Origin: Lingula anatina
Taxonomy: Eukaryota > Animalia > Brachiopoda
Length of the DNA stretch: 64,000 bases
Reading direction: 5' to 3'
Assembly: GCA_051362555.1 (NCBI GenBank)
Contig: CM120640.1
Coordinates: forward strand, 32,507,967 to 32,571,966
This document shows positions 36,701 through 48,457 of this stretch, piece by piece. Numbering within the stretch: the stretch's first letter is position 1; each line of letters starts with the position of its first letter. Under the pieces are notes generated by a model. The model saw only the letters and a list, made by a program, of their open reading frames with translations, was not told the origin of the DNA and searched no databases. A program made the position numbers and the translations under genes.

Positions 36701-39700
36701 AATTCAGGGATTAAGCACATTGTTTGTACAACTTTTTATTAATTTTTAAATTTACTTTAAAAAGCAAATGCATAGTCTACTGCAACTTACTTTATTGTTT
36801 TGAACTAAAATAGAATATCCACGCTTGGACTCTGAATCAAATTCTCCCAAATAACTCAATTGTGTAGTTAATAAATGACACCGAAAAGTATTCCCCACTA
36901 ATACACGTTTGGCTTACCACTGCTGAACCAGTTCAGGCCAGCTTAGTAGCCACTCAGTTGAGGGATGAGCATATGTCGACAGTGCAGACACAGTGGCACC
37001 ATTCTCAGTCTCCCCCCAGAGCAGAGCAGGAACTTGAAGTTGATATAACTTGCATAACAAGGCAAATATCTTTTTGGTTTCTGCTCAGCTGCCATAAAGT
37101 ACAGATTCAGTGATAAAAACGACATGACAACTTTTTAATTTTTAAAAAAGTAAATAGTGGATTTTAAAAATAAATGTGAGATGATCTTAATATTTTTTCT
37201 TAATCCAACATGCATGATGGACCATTGTGTTGTTGTGTATAATTTTATTATATTTGATTTTTTTCAATTGGCAATTTACAGGTGTATGTGATAAAAGTTT
37301 CATTTAAATTTTCAAATAGTTATAGTGACTAAAATTTAAGGTTATTAATAATAATATTAGTAAAGCGATGTGTGAGCACCATTACATGGCTTTCCCTTGT
37401 ATTTTTTTTATAAAAAGACAAGGATTTTAAAAACAAAAAATAATTTAAAAAATAGTAGATATGCATTTTGCATTTTTTTACTACCAGTATTTGTGTGTGG
37501 AAAAATTTAATGTATGTATTACATATACATCCAGTTCTTCTTTTAGTAAATTTTTCAGGCAGTACTCTTATCCTACCAAAACAATTTTTGTGAAACTGAA
37601 AGTTTTCAGTAGACATTTTCAATTTGATTGCTATTTTTCTGAAATCTCAAACTCTTACACGTAATTCTATATATAAAACGATAATTCTATATATAAAAAG
37701 ATTTGACAAATCAAGGTCTTTTATTTGCTAGTATTGATGTAAAATAGGTAAATGTCCAGTCTGTTGGATTTTTTTTTTTTTTCGGGCCAGTGAATTTTAA
37801 GTCGGACCAGTAAATTTTAAGAAATTGGTGATCCGAATGGTCAGAGAGCTGAAAAGCATATGTCACACACTGTGACATGCTGAAAAATGAGGCCATTATT
37901 TCACAGTGTAACTGATGTAGGCACTCTTTTGTGCTGCTGTTGCTATTGGACTTTATTGGTCTTTATTATTAAAAAATGGAAAATGATATACTTTTCAAAT
38001 GTCAGACATGATCAAAAAAAAGTCTGACATCGAGATATTTTATGCCAGACAGGTGTCCAAAGTTTTTCGGGAACACTGCGTAGATGGTTTATATTACATT
38101 TGGTGGAAATGGGAATAATGAAAAGTAAGTTGAAGGTCTCAGTGAAAAGTAGATTTAAAGTCAGATTCAAGGTCACATTAAAATTGCCAAAATATGACTT
38201 CCTATTCAAGTTGAATAGTAACTGTGGGAATATCTCTGCCAGTTTTGGAGATCTAGGGGCCTGAATATTCACAATGTACAGTTCATACAAAAAGTAGGTC
38301 TAAGGTCAAATTCCAGGTCACACTAAAATTGCCTATATCCAAGTTCAATATGGGAGTATATCTGCTAGACCTGCATTATTGCAAATAGCATTTTGAAAAA
38401 TGTTCCCCACTGGCTGGCAACATTGTACTTTTTAAATAATGCAACTCCTAAACCATATGGAAAAGAAAAAAATTCACACTACATCTAGTGTTGTTCTTAT
38501 TCCAAGAGACAGGGACACAAGCCCTTGGAGTCCAGGAGGAGCACTAATGGGTACTTATGTCCACCGACACGGCTTGGAGGCAGCATCGCCAGTAGAAGCC
38601 ACATGCAACGGGTCAGGACTCAAACTATCAGTACCGCCAGTGCTCACACTGGTGGTACAAATTAAAAACCAAGTTTGTCCATACCATTTTCAGTGCAAAT
38701 CTTCCCATAACTGCCTGAATCCTACACCGTGTCTTTACTCGGTATAAGTGTTTCTCCTCCATAAATTCTTTTAACAAGTCATAGCTTTCTTCGTCCCCCT
38801 AATGCAAATGCAACAAAAGGCTGTCAAAACTTCAATTAATCACTATTCTTTTCCTTAAGTTTTCCTAATGGACATTTGCATATGTCTTAAAATAATCATC
38901 AATGTCTTACTGAAATTTTTGACATCCACAAAATTTCTAAAAATTAATAAGTTGCACTTAAACATTGCAGCAAAGCTGTCAAATGTACAGACATAAAGCA
39001 GAAAATAATGATGCTGGTGCACAATATGATTTTTTTGTCATTTTTGATGCAATATTACACAAGGCTGTCAAATGTACAGACAAAAAGCAGAAAATAACAT
39101 TGCAAAAAATAGGCTACTGTCAATTCTGATGCAAAAATACATCATGCTTAACTACAAATTCAACATCACATTTTAATTATGCTCAACAGGTAATACCAAT
39201 GTAAGTAAAATGTGTAACAAGCATAAGGCTTCAGGCCCATAGGACTTCAAGTTCACACTTTGAAAATGCCAGAATGAGAAAAATGAAAATTTCACACAAA
39301 ATTGCATAAATTCAATAATAAATGATAACCCAATTGAGCTGGCTTTCTAATTTAAACTGCATGCCAATCCTAAAAATCATACTTGTAAGTTAAAAATAAT
39401 AATAAGTAACACAGTTTTCTTTTCATAATGTTTGTAGTAGCAGTGCAAAAAGATTTTTTGTCAATTTTGATGTAAAATTACATAATAAATTACAGAATAA
39501 TTATCACCAATTTTTGATTATTGACTATAAATAGCATGGACATGTAGAAAATTTGATTATCATTCGGCTTCATGTCCATGGGAGCTCTGAGTCCCACAAT
39601 GAATATGCCAACACGATAAAAATGAATATTTCACTAAAATGAATAACTTCCAAAAAAAGAAGCCAATTAGACTGCTTTTGCAACTCAGGCTGCATTATAG

Positions 39701-42700
39701 TCCTGTGTTTCTTTTTTGAAAGTTTGACAATCATAAGTAACATGGTTTTCTCATAATGTCATCATGGCAGCAGCACCTAAAATTGTGTTTTCTTCTATTT
39801 TGATGCAATATTACATGATGCTTAACAGCATAATGACCATCAATTTTTAATAATAAAATATTCGTATCATGGATTTTCAGAAAATGTGACTAGCATGGGT
39901 CTTCAAGACCGTGGAGGTTCTAAGTCACACCTTGAAAATGCCAATATGTGAAAAATTAAATTTTCACAAAAAATCTGTTTAACTGCCAGAAAAATTTACC
40001 AAACAGACTGCATTCCCTACTGAAGCTGTATCTTAGTCCCAAGTTTCTTTCCTGTAAGTTTGAGAACAGTAAGTGACATGGTTTTCCTTAAATGGTCATC
40101 ATGGGAGCAGTGCCCAAAATAGGGGTTTCTTCAAATTTTGATGCAACATTACAGAATGTTTAACAGCATAATGACCATCAATTTTTAATAATAAAATATT
40201 CGTATCATGGATTTTCAGAAAATGTGACTAGCATGGGTCTTCAAAACCGTGGAGGTTCTATGTCACACCTTGACAATGCCAATATGTGAAAAATTAAATT
40301 TTCACAAAAAAACTGTTTAACTGCCAGAAAGAATTACCAAACAGACTGCATTGCCTACTGAAGCTGTATTTTAGTCCCATGTTTCTATCCTGTAAGTTTG
40401 AGAACAGAAAGTGACATGGTTTTCCTTAAAAGGTCATCATGGGAGCAGTGCCCAAAATAGGGGTTTCTTCAAATTTTGATGCAATATTACATAATATTTA
40501 ACAGCATAATGACCATCAATTTTTAATAATAAAATATTAGTATCATGGATATTCAGAAAATGTGACTAGCAAAGGTCTTCAGGCCCATGGAACTTCAAAG
40601 TCACACCTTGAAAATGCCAAAATGTAAACAAGACAGCACTGTTCTGAAATTGGTTTTTTTTCCCCCATTTTTAACAATTTTTTAACATAAAACAACATTA
40701 ACAGTTTACTGCCATTTTTATATGATCAACTAAGAAAATTGATGAGATGGGAAAAATATCAATAGAACAATGTTAAATGTCCAATTTCCTCCATTCTGAG
40801 ATTCTGAACATAGTGAATGATTGAATCTGACAAACTGCAATGATATGAGTTTACTTTCATTTTTGAAACTCTATTACACAATACATGATAACAAGTTTAC
40901 CATCATTTTTACATAATCAACTAACAATGTTGTAAAGATGCAGGAAATGTCAAACAAACACTTTTACGTATCTTATTAGTTAAATAATGAGACTATTAAC
41001 ATGCCTAAGAATTGAATCTGAAGAAAAGTGAAAAAACAGAATAACTTCTACAATAATGGCCCGATCATGCTGATTTTCGAACTTGACCTGCATTTTAGTA
41101 AGATTGATTAAGCTCGTGAGTTTCATGACAACAGGCATATCGGTTATCCTTGAAATGTGCTAACAGTGTTGAATATATGCTGAAAAGTGAAATAACAGCA
41201 TAAATTCTACAATAATAGCCCGATCATGCTGATTTTCGACCTTGATCTGCGTTTTTTGAATATTCATCAGCTCTGTAAATATAAAGCCAAAAAGTTAAAC
41301 TGTCTTCCACTTATCGTGTTAACGCTGAAAGTGCACGGCGCCGGTGACAGTGACGACAGACGCAGGTGATTGCAATATGTACAAACACATCTGTGTCTGT
41401 ACATAAAAATGTTTAACAGCATAATCACTGCAAAATATAAATTATTTACTAAAGGAAACATGTCAGGCCTACCTAACTACCAGACTCGGCACCAAATGAT
41501 CCCCAATTCACCAGTAGATCGGACCACAATACCTGTTTTCAAGGTGTGCATCAGTACGCATTTCACAGTATCACTCCAGAACAAATTTTGAGATGAGATG
41601 CTTTACTTTCCAATCCCACTCAGAATCATTGCTATCACATCGCGTACTTGGCAAGAGCAGTGTTGCGTCTGATACTTCGAAGAGCATACTGAAGCACACC
41701 TTGAAAACGAGCAGTGTTCCGATCTACTAGTGAATTCAGGATCATTCGGTGCCAAGTCTGGTAGTTGGGTAGGCCTGCATGTTCAATCAGAATATGTGAC
41801 TAGTACTGCGTCTGCACATAAAGAGATAGCTGAAAAACTGCATACCTTTGAAAATAAACTTAAGACCATCAGAAGCATGGAAGCATCTCTTTCCCCCGCG
41901 TTTTCAGCCCTGAAACCTTTACCTTCTACTATCTTGAACACTATATCTAATAACTCATCATACATTTTGTTATCGAACAAACAATCGAGAGCAGGAAGGA
42001 TAACTCCACTGTATGAACTACGCGTCAAATCCTAGAAAAAAAGAAATATAAGCAAATTATATTATTGTTTTACCTGAAATTTTCCCTTTTGAAATTATTC
42101 ACCAGTTAACTGTCTGCAATTTAAAAAGTAACTGAAGTCAATTTATAAATTAATAATTAACAAAAGCAGATTTTGACGCTAATTTTTTATATTAATAAGT
42201 ACCCATTTGATATGTATCTTTAATTAAAGCTACCAAGTATTAATGAAAATATGCCAACAAAAAATCAGTTACTCATAAAATAACTTTTATTTTATATTTA
42301 CCACATTTGAGAGGAGCTTAGCTATGTGAGATGCCATATTATTAATATGCATATTTTGTACCAACAAGCTTGTCAGTTTTGCCGATTTTGAGGTTGAACC
42401 TGGCTTTGAATTGAATCTGAAAATATGAAAGGAATTTAAATGCATTAAAAGGGAAATTTAACAACAAGGAGTAACAAAGCAGCAAAGCTGTCGGCTGTAC
42501 AGACAAAAAACAGAAAATAAAGATGCAGAAAATAGGTCATTTTGACAATTTTGATGCAAAAATAAATAATGCTTATAATAGCACAGTATATCACCACTGA
42601 ATTTTGATCATGCACACAGGTAACATGGTCAATATAAGATTACAGTTCCATGAGAGTTCAAATTCACATAAAGAAAATCCCAATATTTGAAAAATGATGA

Positions 42701-45700
42701 CAGTGCATAAAATATTATTACATAATGTTTAAGACATAAATACCAATACAACTGTCAAAGGGCCCAAAATAGTGTTTCTTCAATTCTGATGCAATATAAG
42801 ATAATGCTCAACAGCATAATGACCATCAGTTTTTTATAATAAAATAAAAGTATCATAGATATTCAACAAATGTGACTAGCAAAGGTCTTCAAGCCCATGG
42901 AAGTTGAAAATGTCAATATGTGAAAATTTTAATTCCAGCAGATTTTAATTTTTATTTTTATTTCCAGAAAAGTTAACCAATAAGACAGGTTTTCAAACTG
43001 AAGCTGTATTTTAGGTATATGTTACCTTTCTGGAAGTTTGACAAGAGTAAGTGACATGATTTTCCTTTAATGGTCACTATGGAGACAGTTCCCAAAATAG
43101 GATTTTCTTCGATTTTGATGCAATATTACAAATGCTTAACACCAAAATGACCATCAATTTTTAATGATAAAATAAAAGTATCATGGATATTTAAAAAATG
43201 TGACTTGCAAAGGTCTTCAAGCCAATGGAAGTTCAAAGTCACACCTTGAAAATGCCGTTAAGTGAAAAATTTAATTTTCACAAAAAAACTATATAACTTC
43301 CAGAAAATAAACTAATGAGGCAGATTTTCCTACTGAAGCTGTATTTCAGTCCTATGTTTCTTTCCTGCAAGTGTGAGAAATGTAAGTGACATGGTTTTCC
43401 TTTCATGGTCACTATGGAGGCAGTGCCCAAAATAGGGTTTTCTTCAATTTTGATGCAATATCACACAATGTTTAACAGCATAATGACCATCAATTTTTAA
43501 TAATAAAATAAAAGTATTATGGATATTCAGAAATGTGACTAGCAAAAGTTTTCAAGCCCATGGAAGTTCAGAGTCATGCCTTGAAAATCCCAAAATGTAA
43601 ACAAGAGATAAATGATTTACCATCATTCCTATATAATCAGCTAACAATATTGTCAAGAAGCAGAAAATGTCAAAAGAACACTGTTACAAATCTAATTAGT
43701 TCTTTAATAAGACTGTTAACATGCCTAAGAATTAAATCTGAAGAAAACCACTTATAAACAAAAAAAAGGCATAACTTCATCAAAACTGATCAAGCTTATT
43801 TTCAAACTTGATTTGTATATTATTCAGTCTGATCACTCCTATGAGTTGCAAGACAATAAGCCCATTGGTTTTCCTTGAAATGTGTTATCAGTGTTGCACA
43901 TATGCTGAAAAAAGCGAAAATACAACATAACTTAATAATGTCACGATCATGCTGATTTTTGAACTTGACCTGCGTACTATGAATATTCATCAGTTCTGTA
44001 AGTTTTAAGCCAAAAGGTTAAAGGGTTTTCCACTAATCGTGTTATAGGTGAAAATGCGACGGCAGACGCAGGTGATGACTATATGTACAGACACATCTGT
44101 GTCTGAACTGCAATGATATGAGTTCATTTCACACCTGTGTCTGTACATAAAAACAGTAATAACAAATGAACAAAAAGCTAATTAACAACTAAGCAGATTG
44201 AGGATTTCACAGGAAATAAAATGATATCTAAGAGAGACCTTATTTCCCTGCAATATTTCATTGATTTTTTTTTTTTTTTCTGAAAAGAAATTTTTTTAAA
44301 GAACTGTTAGCATGGGAAAATGAAAGACTGACCGCTCAATGTACCCATATATCACAGAAAACAAAGGGTGGTGCATGCACATAGCATTTCATTACATATT
44401 TTACTCATTTTACTTTGATCTGTTCAAAATCAGAGATTAGGCGAAAATGAAATTTATGCTGAAACAAGGGTTAAGCGGGGGCGTCTCGATAGTCCGAAGG
44501 TTCATTGGTCCTAAGGTTCATTGGTCCGAAAAGTGGTAACATTTTCATCGATTTTTTAATCAAGGGTTAGCCATGGAGCTGTTATATGGATGGTCTGTTC
44601 ATGCAGAAGACAGCCTATTGTATGGCAGGATGCCTCTATAAAATTACACTCGTTGAAGTTAAAAGTTGGATTGGACTTGAATCTATATACTTGTACCAGC
44701 AAGTATTAATTATGATAAAGTGCTCAGATGGTAAGAATGAAACATTGTACCATAAGAGGAAATGTACCATCATGATAACATCTTTCCATGGTTGAACTTG
44801 CAATGAGCTTGGCAGAAGCATGACTAATGTAGTTACCATGAATGAAATTGACTTTCATTTGCCAAATTTCAAAGTCCCTGTCAGACCATCAGTTGATCAA
44901 GATATATATATTAATTACTCAATATTGCAATCAATAAGTTGCATGTGCATTTTGAGTGTTTTTTATCAAAATAGTAGTAAGAAGTTAACACTTGCTCAAT
45001 TGATGATATCCAAATTAATGTGAAGGTCATGTACTCCCAAGTAAAATTCTTTCATTACAAGAGGTCAGGGGTCATCTCTCATGGCAATGCATTGTAATTT
45101 TATTTTGGTGCTATGAAATCACTCCAGTAAGTATGAGGATTATAAGTCATATAGTACATCAATTTGTTGCATTAATGATGACAGAGCATAAAATAGTTTT
45201 TTTCTGAATTTTGGTGCAATATTTCATAATGCCTAATAGCATACACAATGTTTCATTACCTCCGCCAAGAAAGTTATGTTTTCACCCCTGTTTGTTTGTC
45301 TGTTTTTCTGTCATAAACATAACTCAAAATGTCATGGACTGATTTTGATGAAATGTTCAGGAACTGTCAGAAGTGGGCCAAAGCACAGATGATTAGTTTT
45401 TGGTGGTGATCCGGATCAATTATCAATCAATAATCATTAATAATCAAAAATTGCTGCCTTGGCGGAGGTCTGCGCTCTCGGAGTGCTTTTCTATATATTC
45501 CCAGCGCTGTGAAGATTAACACAATCTTTAAAGCAGACAGCTTCAGGCCCATGGGACTTCAAAGCAAACCCTTAAAATGCCAATGTGTGATAAATAGAAA
45601 ACACACACGCACACCCACACACACAAAAATAAATAAATAAATAAATAAATAAAATAAAATAAAATAAAAAAATTAATATTAAAATAAAAAATAAATAACA

Positions 45701-48075
45701 AAAATACATTACTTTAAAAAATTTGGTCCAATCAAACTGCTATTAAAACCTGGCCTGTATTTTGGTGCCATGAAGCACCCCAACAGTGAAAAGTGCACAA
45801 CACAATGCCAACAAATGCAAGAGATGGCTATATGTCCAGACACATTGTGTCTATCCATAAAAATATGATATCAACTACATTATGAGAAAATATGTCCATT
45901 ATGTGACTTAAAAAAAAAGAAAATGCATCTACTGACTTTTATAAAATGCAGCACTATGAAAGGGATAACTACTGTTCGTATTGACCAAAAGGGGATTTTT
46001 CTGGGGTAGACCACAATTTTGCCATACATAACAAGGTTAACAAATCTATTCTGACATTTTTTTTATTTGTAGGGGGATTTAGCCACATCTGAAGGTCCAC
46101 ATGGTCTGATAGAAAGCACAGATTCCAGAATAATTGAGATAACCACTGTTCTGGTGGTAATGTGGAATTTATTATATTCCTATAAGTTGTTTAAACAGTG
46201 TTTTTATTGTGAAATATGAATCTTGTAGGAACAGTTGTTATCCCTTTAAGTATTTATTTTAACTTTTCATAGGTAAACACTTACATATTTAACACATCCA
46301 TGAGTATTTCACAATCATCTTTGTCCGCCAGGTAAATTGCGGTTTCAATGTCATTACCATGATAAGAATAATCTACTTCGGTAAGCTTATGCAGGAAGGT
46401 TTCTGAAATAGCAATGTCACTCGGTTTGGACGATCAAAAACAAGCCAGCTTCATTTGACTAATGTACAGACAGAAAACCTGAACTGTTCAGGAGCTCCAG
46501 AGGCAGAAAACAGGCTATTGAACTAGTAATTACCAGTAATAATATTTAAAGTTGTGTATGTCTGGAAAACTGTGGCATTCCAAATGAATCATGATTCAAT
46601 TAGAACTAAGTCTTCTTCAACCAAAATGCACATTTCTCCTACTCATGAATCATTGTTCATCCTGTCCCTGCACTTGAGTTCCATGTTTTATACCATTTTT
46701 TTTTATGTAATGATTTAGTTCTAAATGACTGGCCAGTCATTTAAAACACCATGTTTGCCTGTAGATTTCAGAAGGAACGATTGTCCATAGGTACTTTTAA
46801 TTGAGGGTTTAAGCGATTTTAATGTCTGAATCTAGGAAAAGTTTAGTAGCTTTGCAGGATGTGTAAACAAAATATGACTTTGGGATATTTCAAATGTTTG
46901 CAGTATACTTTTAATTAGAAATGGTATGAAAAATAAAATCCAAGAGCTGGGATGAGTTGGCAATTACTTGTGAGTAGGAAAAATGAGTTTTTTTTTCCTT
47001 GAAAATATAACATTTGGCATGAAAATCCTGCACAGGATATCTGGTAATAAAAATTATAATTACCTTTGTCATATTTTGAACGTATTCTCTTTTGTTTCTC
47101 TTTGAACAAGTCCAATTTCAAGGCTTCATGACTGAAAAAAGTCCTTGCACCTACACAGAAAAGAATAAAAAAAGGTTCATCAATTAGAAAATTTTAAATA
47201 TGCAAGTATGTTTATAAACATTACAAATCCTGTTAAAACATTGGTTCAACAAAACATATTACCAAATTAAGATATACTGCCATTACATATCCTGTAAAAA
47301 CATTAATATGACATTTTTCATCAAAACCTAATACCAAATTTATATATAGTTCCTTACGACTGGATCTGCTATCACTATATGTGTCCTGCCAAAATACGTA
47401 TGTACATTGTTGCGAATGTAGCAATAACATATATAACACAGGTGATGCTCTCACTAATACACAGTAAAATTGGGGTGTAAGTAAACTGACCACTAGTGCT
47501 ATATTTTATGGGCACATTTTGGGCAAAGAAAGTTGAGATATATAATGTAACATATAGTTGCTGCAAGTTCAAATTAAGTGGTCTGTGTGTAATAGAAAAA
47601 ATACCAGAATTATTTATCTACTCATCATACTTTCAGTTTTGGAGTTCCACCCCTTGTATCCTAAAGCATGAGACATTCAAATAACACTTGCAGTACACAT
47701 AAACTTCAATGGTGTCACAATGACCCCCCCCCCCCCCAGCCCCCCCCCACACACACACACTGAATTATTAATAAATTGAGTTTAAAATATAACTTTATAG
47801 ATGAACTAAAACTATAAAATATATATTGATGTATTTTAACTCTATTTATTTTTTACGATCAACGCGGTTATTGTCTATGTAATTTATTATGAAATAACAG
47901 TTTACTTTTGCACAGTGAGGAACTTTTATAACCTTAGTTTTCTATCCTATAAATCTTAGGTCATTATAAATTATGCATTACCAATAGGTGCGACATTAAA
48001 AGCACTCTTTAGAGATACGGCACTGCGGTAGAAACTCAACAACCGGCGTACATGCTTGCGTGCGACCGAAGCCAT
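33657..48075 (-). CDS. PTCD2: Pentatricopeptide repeat-containing protein 2, mitochondrial (PTCD2-like), 9 exons
   Basis: Exons 48075-47982, 47150-47064, 46402-46285, 42416-42302, 42031-41846, 38798-38685, 35075-34992, 34746-34639, 33920-33657; GT-AG and phase-consistent. The N-terminus MASVARKHVRRLLSFYRS looks like a mitochondrial presequence. GARTFFSHEALKLDLFKEK, ETFLHKL, LDCLFDNKMY and ETLDEML fall in the same order as the vertebrate PTCD2 segments I recall (GAKRYLLTDNVVKLKEF, ETYFRNL, MDMLFIKGKY, DSLDAVL). Identity is low, so the symbol rests on recall. Confidence 0.8.
34105..34508 (+). mobile_element. HINE-like element family Y, short complete copy
   Basis: Starts AGAGGATCAGAGAGGCGATATCGCCTC..GTACCACTAG and ends with hairpin GTACCGCCAGTG..CTAGTGGTACAATAA. 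The same start recurs at ~35327 and ~36217, the same end at ~38630-38667. Confidence 0.65.
35099..35272. mobile_element. MITE with inverted repeats
   Basis: CATTCACAA..ACTAGTCCGCGGATCAAATATGGC / GCCATATTGGATCCGCGGACTAGT..TTGTGAATG. Confidence 0.7.
35439..35902. mobile_element. Mutator-like (MULE) MITE with ~95 bp TIRs and 9-bp TSD
   Basis: Near-perfect TIR TACCTTCTACCGGGCGAGTGATAGATTTTTTACAGATATTCACAGATATGTCTCTAGCTAG...; TSD CATAAGGGC at 35430-35438 and 35903-35911. A decayed solo TIR ends at 29210. Confidence 0.9.
36489..38078. mobile_element. 1.6 kb non-autonomous CAG-terminated DNA transposon with 6-bp TSD (hAT-like)
   Basis: 17-bp perfect TIR CAGTGTTCCCGAAAAAC / GTTTTTCGGGAACACTG; TSD CGTAGA at 36483-36488 and 38079-38084; no transposase ORF. 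Confidence 0.85.
38960..41410 (+). mobile_element. HINE-like family X copy with internal ~338 bp tandem repeats
   Basis: ATTTTGATGCAAYATTAC recurs at ~39797, ~40135 and ~40473; start GCAAAGCTGTCAAATGTACAGAC; terminal hairpin TATGTACAAACACATCTGTGTCTGTACATAAAAA. Confidence 0.75.
41464..41777. mobile_element. Fold-back MITE with ~95 bp TIRs, CAGG ends and 5-bp TSD
   Basis: CAGGCCTACCTAACTACCAGACTCGGCACC... / ...GGTGCCAAGTCTGGTAGTTGGGTAGGCCTG; TSD CATGT at 41459-41463 and 41778-41782. Confidence 0.9.
42462..44152 (+). mobile_element. HINE-like family X copy with ~330-335 bp internal repeats
   Basis: Same start motif (GCAAAGCTGTCGGCTGTACAGAC); repeats at ~42783, ~43112 and ~43447; same terminal hairpin, partly duplicated at 44080-44152. 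Confidence 0.75.
45170..45863 (+). mobile_element. Decayed family X copy carrying a nested element
   Basis: TTTTGGTGCAATATTTCATAATG, CTTCAGGCCCATGGGACTTCAAAG and terminal TATGTCCAGACACATTGTGTCTATCCATAAAAA. Confidence 0.55.
45255..45493. mobile_element. Short Helentron/HINE-type element with subterminal inverted repeat
   Basis: ACCTCCGCCAAG ... CTTGGCGGAGGT inverted repeat, TGTTTGTTTGTCTG microsatellite, small end hairpin GCGCTCTCGGAGTGC. Confidence 0.75.
45959..46248. mobile_element. MITE with AAAGGGATAAC termini (Kolobok-like)
   Basis: AAAGGGATAACTACTGTTC / GAACAGTTGTTATCCCTTTAA; a related end occurs at ~27685-27740. Confidence 0.6.
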
Positions 48076-48457
48076 CTTTTTTAGACAGTAAAGCACGTAA
48101 ATGTACAACTGAAAGTGAAGAGTGAAATTATTCATCTACATAATATGTGAATGTTTTGAAGTCGATGAAAGTTGTATTTTTTATTCGAATTTATGGAAAA
48201 TAATGAAAGTTGGTCACCAACAGTTTAAAAAATATCATCATATGCAGCTTTACAACCTTGTACGCGCAAAAGGGTTGACAATAAGAAGGTCATGGCCACT
48301 CCTAAAACGGAGCTTCGTTGTCGATTTCATACACAGGCCAAGCGGTATCATTATTTCTCCATTTGAAACGAGACGAATATACGGAACAGAACACTGAACA
48401 AAATCAAGACTAAACCAGACTCCAGAACGATACCTAAAACTCATTTCTAAACTAAAT
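48076..48457. promoter_or_regulatory. Probable bidirectional promoter between PTCD2-like and the epimerase gene
   Basis: Divergent start codons at 48075 (minus) and 48458 (plus) with 382 bp between them; CpG-enriched. Confidence 0.7.

Larger units (their letters stand above)
35325..38667 (+). mobile_element. Family Y HINE-like copies with nested insertions
   Basis: Family Y starts at ~35327 and ~36217; internal AAAAGTAGGTCAAAGGTC-type repeats at 35940-36400 and 38120-38340; family Y terminal hairpin at 38630-38667. Confidence 0.6.

Noticed and set aside
47358-47582. Extra PTCD2-like exon (minus-strand CAG acceptor, GTAAGG donor)
   Set aside because: Stops occur in the frames checked, and exon 48075-47982 joins 47150 cleanly. 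It could only be a poison or cryptic exon.
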